Below, in pieces: positions 20,485 to 29,164 of a stretch of 64,000 bases of DNA (the first letter of the stretch is position 1; every line of letters starts with the position of its first letter). Where the stretch lies: positions 1,888,001-1,952,000 of the forward strand of contig OY969706.1 in assembly GCA_963702095.1 (NCBI GenBank), written 5' to 3'. The notes under the pieces are model-generated. The model saw nothing but the letters and a program-made list of their open reading frames with translations, ran no database searches and was not told the DNA's origin. The DNA is from Candidatus Bathyarchaeota archaeon (GTDB taxonomy: Archaea; Thermoproteota; Bathyarchaeia; Bathyarchaeales; Bathycorpusculaceae). The translations under genes were made by a program, and so were the position numbers.

Positions 20485-20513
20485 TGGAACGTTCGTTTCA
20501 CGGTGTCCCTTAA
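20485..20513 (+). promoter_or_regulatory. Palindromic operator TGGAACG-TT-CGTTTCA followed 8 nt later by CTTAA (TATA-like)
   Basis: Inverted near-copy of 18346-18361; an extra half-site CGTTTCA lies at 20474-20480. Confidence 0.65.
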
Positions 20514-20547
20514 GTCAGGCTCTGCTAATCGGGTTAGCGGTGAAAAA

Positions 20548-21378
20548 ATGAGCAGAAATCAAGGAACAAAACAACGCAAACTAAGCGCATTGCTTTTCGC
20601 GCTGCTATTAGTTAGTGCCTTTGCGTCTGTGACAATTGTTGCAGCAAGTAACGGAAACGGTGGGGGTTCTGAACAGGGACAGCAAGCACAAACAGGAAAC
20701 GATGGTTCTCCAACTGCACTGATGAACCAGAATCAGACCTCTGGAGGCAACCAGACTAATGTTTCCAACGGCACTGTTGCAACTGAAAAGTTACAAATTC
20801 AAGCCAGACAACAGACCCAATTACAAGTCCGAAACATGACCATGCTTATGAACTGCACAAACAACTGCGAAGTAGTCCTTTCATCGGAAGAAAATGTTGC
20901 ACCACAAGATTTCCAAATATCACTGGATGCGAACCAGACAATGAAGCTCGAAATGAACCTTTCCAAGTCTCCTCTGAATGGTGCAATGGTTAACGAGCGA
21001 ACCCTCAATTTCTACTTAGGCATAGAACCAAACGCAACTACCCAGCTCCATGCCCAAATTAGACTACGCATTAACCAAACCGAACTAAGCCAAAACTTAA
21101 ACTGGGAAGTTAACGCTTCAAGACTTACTTGGATGTACTGGAACCAAACAACAGCCCAATGGGAAAAAGTTGAAAGCCACATGGACCAGAACGGCTACTT
21201 AGTATGTAACACAGATCACTTTTCCACGTGGGCAGTCGCCGATGTTGAACCCATCCAAGAACCAACTACACCATCAACACAAAGCATCAGCCTTCCGATG
21301 GAATACCTTGTAATCGGGGCAGTCGTTGCCTTGGTGGTTGTAGCGGTTGGAGTAATTGCTTACAAGAAGCGCAAATAG
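20548..21378 (+). CDS. Cell-surface protein with signal peptide and C-terminal TM anchor
   Basis: ATG at 20548 after GGTGA is preferred to the track start at 20503; C-terminal NTDHFSTW motif, then TM and YKKRK. Confidence 0.75.
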   Translation: MSRNQGTKQRKLSALLFALLLVSAFASVTIVAASNGNGGGSEQGQQAQTGNDGSPTALMNQNQTSGGNQTNVSNGTVATEKLQIQARQQTQLQVRNMTMLMNCTNNCEVVLSSEENVAPQDFQISLDANQTMKLEMNLSKSPLNGAMVNERTLNFYLGIEPNATTQLHAQIRLRINQTELSQNLNWEVNASRLTWMYWNQTTAQWEKVESHMDQNGYLVCNTDHFSTWAVADVEPIQEPTTPSTQSISLPMEYLVIGAVVALVVVAVGVIAYKKRK

Positions 21379-21458
21379 GCAAAAATTACCCTTTTTATTT
21401 TTTTTTGCAATACTTCGCTGGAAAAGAATTCTATCACAATAGACCAAAAATATTCGAA

Positions 21459-21593
21459 TCTGCTTGAGGATTTGTCCACAACCCGCCAGCAACCCCTCTC
21501 CGATGCAGAACGCAAAACACAGCCGCCCTCCAAGCCCGCTGGAAAACGATGAGTAAGGGCGACGCTGCCTTCATCTTAGAAAAACAAAAAGCC
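21459..21593 (+). repeat. Dispersed intergenic element, copy B
   Basis: TCTGCTTGAGGATTTGTCCACAACC...GCAAAACACAGCCGCC...GATGAGTAAGGGCGACGCTGCCTTCATCTTAGAAAAA. Confidence 0.7.
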
Positions 21594-21669
21594 AAAATTC
21601 TAAGCTATCGAAGAGTCCTTCGTAGAGCAACAGAATTTTAAAAAGAAAATTGTTGCGAGGAGACGCCGC

Positions 21670-21963
21670 TTAGTTAACGGTCATTTTGCCGAATTTGCCG
21701 ACGTTGAGCTGGATTTCGCCTTTGAAGCTCGTAACATAGCCGTTTTCGATTTTTACGTTGTCGCCTATGTTAACCTGCTCGATCTGCTCGTTCCACAGGG
21801 TTAGTTTTATGCTGCCGGTTTCGTCGGCGACGACTGCGTCGACGATTCGGTAGGTTTCGTCTTTATATTTGGATCTGACTTCCCGCGGGTCTCCTTTATC
21901 TACGACTTTGGCTTCTATGCTAACCCGTTTCATACCATCAGCTAAATCTTTAATATCCGTCAA
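21670..21963 (-). CDS. ssb: Single-stranded DNA-binding protein (single OB fold, TACK-type)
   Basis: VADETGSIKLTLWNEQ and IENGYVTSFKGEIQLNVGKFG motifs. Confidence 0.9.
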   Translation of the reverse strand: MTDIKDLADGMKRVSIEAKVVDKGDPREVRSKYKDETYRIVDAVVADETGSIKLTLWNEQIEQVNIGDNVKIENGYVTSFKGEIQLNVGKFGKMTVN

Positions 21964-22075
21964 GTTGCTTCCCTTCTTGATTGTTAGCTACGTTTTCCTT
22001 TTTCATTCATATAAATCTTGCTAACTAAGCGCGGGTCAAAGAAAAAATTAAATGGACAAAAAGGGTTGGCGTGTG

Positions 22076-23359
22076 TTAAACTACGCCGATTAGGAGCCAC
22101 AGCGCCAGCAAGGTTACTGCGACGCTTACTGCGGCGATGGCTATGCATTTGACTGTTGTGAACTCTGGTTTGAGTGTCTTTATGATTATTGCTCCAAGTC
22201 CTCCCAGCCACACATAGGATACTGCGAACATGGCGGCTACGATGCCTCGGAAAATCGCGGTTGAAGCGGTGATGGCGGCTATACTGCTCTGTGCCTGCAT
22301 GGTGAGGGTATTTAATGCTTCTGTTGGATAGTAGAGTGTCACAAATGGGTCGAAGAGTGTGCCGAATGATACGTCATAGGGGTAATAGGTTACTGGCAAC
22401 GCCAACGTTGCAGCTAAATTTACGATTGCACGGATAACCATCACGATCATTGCAAAGCCGAAGGCGACGAAGATGGGTTTCCAGGTTACTGCGCTCTTAA
22501 AGGCATAGCGGCAGAGTATGTAGATTAATGCTGCTCCCAGCAACCATGTGAAGAGGAACTGTAGCGAGTAAACCTGTAGGAACCGAAGCAGTAAGCCAGT
22601 GGTGTCAAATTGAAGGGGGGTAACGTAGAGTCCCCGGAAGAATAGGGCGCCGACGCGGATGGTTATGTCGGTGTTGCTGCCGTAGGTGAAAGTTAACGCT
22701 AAAGATGTTATGTTTTGCCACTGGGGAGTGCCTGATTCACTCCAGCCTGTGGCGTCTGGTCCCAGCGGAACCGTTATGTTGCCCCACTGTCCCACTGCAT
22801 CTGCGTCTGCTACTGCAGAAGTTAAATCGTATGTGTAGTAGCTGGTGTCGCTTAGGGAGTAGAGGGTTAGGGTGGTGTTTTGGGGTGCATTTTGGGGCTG
22901 CACAAGTTTGAGCGTGATGGAGAGGTTTTGGAAGCCGCTTGGGCTGCAATCAACGTTGGAAGTGTTGTATAAGACGGCTGTGAGTGTGTTGGTGTTTTGG
23001 GCTTGCATCTGCATGCTGAAGTTGCCGAACAGGGGGTAGTAGCCTAAGGGGTCGGTGGGTGGACGCTGCAGGTTGGCTATGTAGACGGTGTTGTTGAAAT
23101 AATCGTCAAAGTTGTTGGTGAAGTTTACGTCGGATGAACCAACCCAGTTGGTGGCGTTGTTGAAGGCCTGCATTTCCCCGGCAAGCGGGTAAGTGGTTTC
23201 CAACTCGGTTTTGTTGAACTGGGCAAATGCAAAGCCAATCTGTAATGCGATGAAGATGAGTAAAATCAGGATTGCGCCAAGATACTTGGGTTTTTCAATG
23301 ATACTCTTGAATGCCCGCTTAGGCGCATAGATGACCTGTGCAATATCGGTAAGAATCAA
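22076..23359 (-). CDS. Yip1-like membrane protein with a large extracellular insertion
   Basis: N-terminal VIYAPKRAFKSI followed by a TM helix, a soluble domain and several C-terminal TM helices. Confidence 0.65.
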   Translation of the reverse strand: MILTDIAQVIYAPKRAFKSIIEKPKYLGAILILLIFIALQIGFAFAQFNKTELETTYPLAGEMQAFNNATNWVGSSDVNFTNNFDDYFNNTVYIANLQRPPTDPLGYYPLFGNFSMQMQAQNTNTLTAVLYNTSNVDCSPSGFQNLSITLKLVQPQNAPQNTTLTLYSLSDTSYYTYDLTSAVADADAVGQWGNITVPLGPDATGWSESGTPQWQNITSLALTFTYGSNTDITIRVGALFFRGLYVTPLQFDTTGLLLRFLQVYSLQFLFTWLLGAALIYILCRYAFKSAVTWKPIFVAFGFAMIVMVIRAIVNLAATLALPVTYYPYDVSFGTLFDPFVTLYYPTEALNTLTMQAQSSIAAITASTAIFRGIVAAMFAVSYVWLGGLGAIIIKTLKPEFTTVKCIAIAAVSVAVTLLALWLLIGVV

Positions 23360-24154
23360 TCTCTGTCTTCTCCTTGCTATTTCAAAAATACACGGACTAT
23401 TAAGTGTTATTCAAATCTCCAAACCAGACATCTGCAAGCTACCTGTATAGGCTGCGTTTGCAGGTTTGAAGTTTGTTTGTATTCTCTCTTTGTGTGGATG
23501 TGGTGGTTTGTAGGGTGCCACACGATGCCAAAAGGTGGCGGTTGCTTTTTGCAGAAGCATTGTGTTTAGGCGTCTGTTTCGGTGTGGCATCAGAGATTTC
23601 TACCACATGCGGTGCATGGGTCCATGCAGACGCTGGCGGGATGTGTGCGTGAATCCATGTATCGTTTAGTATTTTTCTTCACAAGAATTCAGTGAACAGC
23701 AATGAATAGCGCAATGCAAGCAGACAATAGCATGTCCCATACGGAACAGACTCCATCCGTCACCAACACCCGCCCCCAACCAACCCTATAAGCAATTTCG
23801 CCAAAATAAAAACATGAAAAATAAGTACAATTCTCGTAATCAATGATTTTTTCTGCTCTCAGACGACCTCTATCCCCCTATAAAGAGGCAGAAATATCCG
23901 GATTTCCAACCTACTAATGCACCTGTTTTTAGCCCAACTAACTAACTCTTCTAAAGAAAAAGAAACCTCAAAATGGCGCCAACGCACTCAAAAGTGCTGA
24001 TTAAGTGGCGTCGATTGCGTTTCCAGCACCCAATCCAGCCTACATCAACTACATAGAGAAGCCACCAGCCACCAAAAACAACCCTCCATCCGCCCCTACA
24101 ACTGTTTTGTGAATAAAATTGAAAGGTCGTTTCGAAAATTTGTTCTTAACCTAT

Positions 24155-26449
24155 CTAAACAAATTGCTCCAAGAAGGTGCTCTGTTGACAACCAACAGCA
24201 TCTTTTACAATTTTTGCTGTATATCCCTTAAAGCTCAACAAGGTGGCAGCTGAACAATACAAAAGGTTCAGGTACTGCTTTATGTCTGGGTTAACGTTTT
24301 TTTCCAGCAACTGCTCAGCTTTTACCCTTCGATTATAACGCTTACTATCTGAATTTGTAAAAACAAAGCTTATGTCATTGCCTCCATTAATGTCCACGCC
24401 AGCTCGCTGCAGTTCCTGGGCTGCTATAAGCTGGCTTACATGATGCCTGTAATGAGTGGGATTCTTAGACAAATGCTTCGTTATAACTAAATCCGAGACG
24501 GGAATTTCACCATTAATTAGCCGCTGGCGATAATTCTTCACTACACTTAACGCTTCGGGGATTTTTCTCATAAAGTCTTCCGAGTTTCTAGCTTGCGATA
24601 AAACCCCAATCATTTCCATCTGGGCATTATAGACAAACTTGGGTGTATCACTTTTCCTCGCATCTAAGCCTCTGATCTTTACTTTACCCGTATTCATGAC
24701 GCCAAAATACCGATTTAGCACACTAACGTTAGAATGCAGCCGAGACGGAGAAAAAACGATCCACTTATAGAACCCTTCAAAATTAATCGGTACCCCAATT
24801 TCTTTAGTTATCTTTTCGCAGAGCGACTGGTATTGTTCTATTGTCGAGTTCTTTTTTTTAAGCCATAACGAATCCACGATGCCATGAATAACCTCAAAGC
24901 CCTCCTCTTCTGCAATATGTGTTGCCCTGAGAAACTCTTCTCTAGCAAAAGCACAGACGCCGATATGCCCATCAACAGTCCCAAATTTAGAATTGCTAAA
25001 ACCCAAATAGCCAAAACAGGTAACCAATATCCACTTCAGTGCTGATTGGCGTCTGTCATAAATCTGCTTTAACTCATTGTCGTCTGTTTGGTCCCGCATT
25101 TGCTTATATGTTAAGCGTTTAGTTAGCGCTAGATGCACCGTTTTTGGAACCATGCCTCTACGTTTAGTGCAGATGTGATAGTTCAGGTCTGGAATTCTAA
25201 GCGGTGAGTCCGGACAGCATTTACAGAGCACTGTTTCAGCTGAAATGTTGTATTTCTCCATTAAAGAGGGATACATAGATGAGAAGTCTAATTCGGCTAC
25301 TGAATCGTGAATGCCGAGGCGCGGTTCATAGATAAAGCCTCCGCGGTCGCCGATCAGTAGGTCCATGGCTGACTTGAATGTTTCAGGGATTTTCTTGTTC
25401 CTAGGCAACAAAATGTCGTCTTTGAGGGCTTGATAGAACTGTATAGAAGACATACTTGACCCAATAGAGAATCGCGCAGCCGTATGCAGTGGGACACGGC
25501 AGGTTCTTGCTACTTCAATGAGGCCATCTAAGCCAGTTTCGCGTACTACGAACGTGTTGTTGTCATCAACGTGGATTCTGCCATGTAGGCGAACGGTTCC
25601 TGCACGGTAAAACGTGTGCCCATAGGCGAAATAGGTTTTGCCAGTTTTGGGCGTCTGCTCAAGGGGTATATTGTCTCTGCTTAGGTTGAATTCTTTTAGG
25701 ACATTGTTACTTTTTGCTCTCCCTAATAGATAGGGAAAAAGGAAAGAGTCTCCTAGGCTGGTTAAGATTATGTCTGGATCCATCGCCTGTATAGCATAAA
25801 CCAGTTGCAGCAGTTTTGTGGCTTCGTCGCCATAATCGATGACTATGTCTTTTTTGCCTTCCTGCGTTAACCTGATAATTTCTATCTGGTCATCAAAGCT
25901 TGGAAGAGCACCCGTCTTTGCTACATCCACTTCCAGCCTAACAACCCGCAACTCAGGAACCACATAATTGGTGCTCTCCACCGAATCCAGTAGAGTGTAC
26001 ACTAAGCCCTCTTTGGATACTTTGATTTCTATATGGGCAAGCGGAAACAGGTCATGCTCAAAAATGTAGGCGCGGTCGCTTTGTATATCACAGTTATGCA
26101 GTTCATACCTTAAGTAATCGCCCAGCCGCAGAATCTCAAGCTGTAACGCTCTGGTTTGTCTGCAATCTTTAACCGTTATCTCTAGTACCCTTGATTTTTC
26201 ACTATCTACGGGGCTTGCATATTTGTAAACAACGCGTATGGATTCTATTTTTTGATGGTTGCATAATTTGGTGATTACCCCTTCAAGTTCCTCTTGCTTG
26301 GCTGACACGTAAATGTGAGGTTGAAACTTGTCTGTTAATTTAATTCGTTCGCCCTGTTCTGTTATTATCCAGACAGCTATTTTGCCGAAGTCAGAGGGGT
26401 AAACATCTAGCAGCCAGCCTTTAACTGCCTTTGCAGTATTTTGTGGCAT
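24155..26449 (-). CDS. Family B DNA polymerase, PolB2 subgroup (degenerate motifs)
   Basis: DFSSMYPS (motif A), RQSALKWILVTCFGY (motif B), HGIVDSLW in place of YGDTDS (motif C); no recognisable DIE exonuclease motif. Confidence 0.9.
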   Translation of the reverse strand: MPQNTAKAVKGWLLDVYPSDFGKIAVWIITEQGERIKLTDKFQPHIYVSAKQEELEGVITKLCNHQKIESIRVVYKYASPVDSEKSRVLEITVKDCRQTRALQLEILRLGDYLRYELHNCDIQSDRAYIFEHDLFPLAHIEIKVSKEGLVYTLLDSVESTNYVVPELRVVRLEVDVAKTGALPSFDDQIEIIRLTQEGKKDIVIDYGDEATKLLQLVYAIQAMDPDIILTSLGDSFLFPYLLGRAKSNNVLKEFNLSRDNIPLEQTPKTGKTYFAYGHTFYRAGTVRLHGRIHVDDNNTFVVRETGLDGLIEVARTCRVPLHTAARFSIGSSMSSIQFYQALKDDILLPRNKKIPETFKSAMDLLIGDRGGFIYEPRLGIHDSVAELDFSSMYPSLMEKYNISAETVLCKCCPDSPLRIPDLNYHICTKRRGMVPKTVHLALTKRLTYKQMRDQTDDNELKQIYDRRQSALKWILVTCFGYLGFSNSKFGTVDGHIGVCAFAREEFLRATHIAEEEGFEVIHGIVDSLWLKKKNSTIEQYQSLCEKITKEIGVPINFEGFYKWIVFSPSRLHSNVSVLNRYFGVMNTGKVKIRGLDARKSDTPKFVYNAQMEMIGVLSQARNSEDFMRKIPEALSVVKNYRQRLINGEIPVSDLVITKHLSKNPTHYRHHVSQLIAAQELQRAGVDINGGNDISFVFTNSDSKRYNRRVKAEQLLEKNVNPDIKQYLNLLYCSAATLLSFKGYTAKIVKDAVGCQQSTFLEQFV

Positions 26450-26687
26450 CTAAAGCCTTCTCTAAACGCATAATCTTCTTTTGTTGTGCAAGGAGAATCG
26501 AAATAACCATGGGCTCGAAAAGGATCGGCTGAGTTGCGTTGCTTCCGGCAGATGCATAGCTTCGGCAAGCATCCATTAGGGATTCAAAGGCTTCCCTGTC
26601 TTCAGTTCTTAATGCTTTGGCGAAGCTGCTCCAGCGGTTTATCTCGTCTTCTATAGCCATGCGGTAGGATTCAACTGTTTTTCCCAT
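26421..26687 (-). CDS. Small PolB2-associated helical protein (arCOG07300-like)
   Basis: MGKTVESYRMAIEDEINRWSSFAKALR...; sits between the RadA-like gene and polB2 with overlapping ends. Confidence 0.8.
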   Translation of the reverse strand: MGKTVESYRMAIEDEINRWSSFAKALRTEDREAFESLMDACRSYASAGSNATQPILFEPMVISILLAQQKKIMRLEKALDATKYCKGS

Positions 26688-27406
26688 TATGCCTTCTCTC
26701 CCATGAAATCAGTTAAAGTTGGATTTTCTGAATACAATTCGGCAGAGCCCAAGTTGAGGTATGGATGCTTGTCAAGGCTGATGGTTTTACCGTAGTTTGT
26801 ATGCTTGAAAGATAATATGACGTTTGCTTTTGCATGGGCTAGTCCTTGAAGGGAAGTGTTCCTTTTTGATTTTTCGTGAGGATGGTATGTTGCGATTAGG
26901 ATGAGGCGGTTTTCTTTGGCAAAGTTTGAAAGGTAACCCATTAGTTGACTGAAGACACGCTGTGCCTCCTCTTCGGCGATATTGTCTAAAAATAAACCCG
27001 CAATGTCTGAAATTATGACCAGTTTAGCGCTATACTTTTTGGTGGCTTGTTGTAGTTGTTGCATGATTAAGAAGATTTCTTGGTAGGCTGTGAATGCTCT
27101 TGAAATGTAGATGTTATCTAGTACTCGCTTGGGGTTGAGCTGGTATATTTGAGCGGTTTTTGCTATTTTATAGAGCCTGAAAGTTATTCCGCCTCCATCG
27201 ATAAAAATAACGTTGGATTCTAAGCCGCCAAGCTGTTTGGGTAACTGTGCTCTTACACATAGCAATGAAGTTAGTGATGAGGATGCGCCATATATGAGGG
27301 CAAAGTCTCCTTCGGCGAAGCCTGGGAAAAGTGTATCGGCCTTTTTTATGCTCAAGGGAAAAATTGGTTGGTAAAGCATGGGCTTGGCTACTTGATTTCG
27401 ACTCAT
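26687..27406 (-). CDS. Inactivated RadA/RecA-fold protein
   Basis: VRAQLPKQLGGLESNVIFIDGG and IYISRAFTAYQ RadA-like motifs; Walker A degenerate (IYGASSSLT). Confidence 0.85.
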   Translation of the reverse strand: MSRNQVAKPMLYQPIFPLSIKKADTLFPGFAEGDFALIYGASSSLTSLLCVRAQLPKQLGGLESNVIFIDGGGITFRLYKIAKTAQIYQLNPKRVLDNIYISRAFTAYQEIFLIMQQLQQATKKYSAKLVIISDIAGLFLDNIAEEEAQRVFSQLMGYLSNFAKENRLILIATYHPHEKSKRNTSLQGLAHAKANVILSFKHTNYGKTISLDKHPYLNLGSAELYSENPTLTDFMGEKA

Positions 27407-27655
27407 TTTCTTCTCACTCTCTACGTAAAAGAGATCAAAACGCTGTTTTTCCTTTTAAAAGATGACATTAAAAGACCGTTCAGTGTAGTGGAGGGGTAGC
27501 TGAAAGTGATGGACAAAAAATAGGTGAGATTCAAACAGTAAACCCATAACTCCTGTTATTTTTCGTAGTTCTGCGTTGAGTTCTGAGCAGAACAGCGATT
27601 TGTCTACCGATAAGGCGGGATTTCTAATCGGGACGTTAGAAGAGCAAGTTTGTTC

Positions 27656-29164
27656 TTACATGCCTTGTTTTAGTCTTCGGTAGGTTGTGTAGTCTACGTA
27701 TTCTATGAATGGGTTTTCTGCTAGGAATTTGACGGTGATTTTTTGGCGGCTGCGTTTTTCTGGTAGTTGGCTGGTGGTGTGGAGTAAGTATGCGTCGCTG
27801 CCTGCGCCTGAACCGTAACTGGTAACCAAGATTCGCTCGTCTGGCTTAGCAATATCCAAAATTGCCGCTAACCCAATCAACGAGGCGCCGCTGTAGGTGT
27901 TGCCGAACTTTGTCATCTGAATCGCAGGCATGAACTGTTCGTCTTTGAAGCCTAAGTCTCTTGCAACCCGCACGGGGAACGTTGGGTTGGGTTGGTGGGG
28001 CACGAAGTAATTGATGTCGGCTGCTTTGAGGTTGCATTTTTCCATGAGTTTGGCGGCTGCTTTTCGCACGTGTTTGTGGTAGGCGGGGTCGCCTGTGAAT
28101 CTGCCGCCGTGCATGGGGTAGGGTTCGCCGTCACGCCGCCAAAAGTCCGGGGTGTCGCTGGTGCAACTGTACCATCCTTCAACTTCGGCGATTACGTCTT
28201 TTTTGCCGAAAATGTAGGCTGCTCCGCCGTAACCGACGAATGCGTCGAGTTCGCCTCCGGGGCAACCGCGTGGCGCGGCTTGAGAGTTGTCTGCGCCTAT
28301 GACCATGGCGTAGTTTATGTCTGATTTGGGGTAGCTGACCAGTGCGCAGGCGTCTTTGAACACGCTTGAAGCGGCTTTGCATGCGAATTCCGTGTCGACT
28401 GCGTCTACGTCTTGGACGTCGCCGTCTTCTTTGCCGAGTTGGAGAACCTGCGCGACTTTAGCTGCTATCGGCTTAACGGCATAGGGGTTGGATTCGCTGC
28501 CAGCGTAGACTTTTCCAATCAACGCGCTGTCAAGGCCCGAGTGAATTAACGCCAATTTCCCAGCTTCAACTGCGGCGGTCACCGAGTCTTCGTCGATGAA
28601 GGGAACTGCGCGTTCCAAGCTATCCTCTTTGATTCGGAACCGCGAGGAATATGCGCCGTAGCCGACGATGCCTGGCAAATCGTAGTCTTTGGCGGGTTGG
28701 ATTACTTTGTATTCTTGGTGGGGGTAGTATTCGTCTGCCAATGTGAAGGCTAGGGAAATAGTGGGGACAACATCGCCTTTTCCCACGGAGTAGCGTCGTC
28801 GGAAGCGGGGCACAACTTCTCTGCCCTCTAAGCTTGCGAGGTCGATTTTGCCGCCGTCGCATACCAGTTGGTCGGTTATTCTGGCGGGGACACGTATTTT
28901 GCCGTCGTGGAAAGAAACGATGCCGTAGACGAAGCTGTTGAGTTTGGCGAATTTGTTGGTGGGTTCGTTTATGTAGGTGCAGAGTTCAAGGGTGCCTTTG
29001 TCGTAGAAGAGGTCGATGCTGTCCATTTTGCCGTAGCTTTTACGACCGCAGTTGCTGCAGTAATCGCGGACTTCAAAGTATTCTTTGCCGCAGCATTGGC
29101 ACCGACAAGCCTTCAACCGGTCGCCCAAATACGATACGCGTCTCTCGATTGGTTCACTGCTCAT
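27656..29164 (-). CDS. HMG-CoA synthase with fused N-terminal DUF35 (Zn-ribbon/OB-fold) domain
   Basis: N-terminal CQCCGKEYF..RDYCSNCG and OB-fold; C-terminal GSESNPYAVKP, DTEFACKA, PHQPN, GNTYSG and SYGSGAGSDA. Confidence 0.92.
   Translation of the reverse strand: MSSEPIERRVSYLGDRLKACRCQCCGKEYFEVRDYCSNCGRKSYGKMDSIDLFYDKGTLELCTYINEPTNKFAKLNSFVYGIVSFHDGKIRVPARITDQLVCDGGKIDLASLEGREVVPRFRRRYSVGKGDVVPTISLAFTLADEYYPHQEYKVIQPAKDYDLPGIVGYGAYSSRFRIKEDSLERAVPFIDEDSVTAAVEAGKLALIHSGLDSALIGKVYAGSESNPYAVKPIAAKVAQVLQLGKEDGDVQDVDAVDTEFACKAASSVFKDACALVSYPKSDINYAMVIGADNSQAAPRGCPGGELDAFVGYGGAAYIFGKKDVIAEVEGWYSCTSDTPDFWRRDGEPYPMHGGRFTGDPAYHKHVRKAAAKLMEKCNLKAADINYFVPHQPNPTFPVRVARDLGFKDEQFMPAIQMTKFGNTYSGASLIGLAAILDIAKPDERILVTSYGSGAGSDAYLLHTTSQLPEKRSRQKITVKFLAENPFIEYVDYTTYRRLKQGM

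Noticed and set aside
23500-23795. RNase P RNA or a known riboswitch
   Set aside because: No GAGGAAAGTCC/P4 signature and no fluoride, TPP or FMN riboswitch consensus was recognisable.
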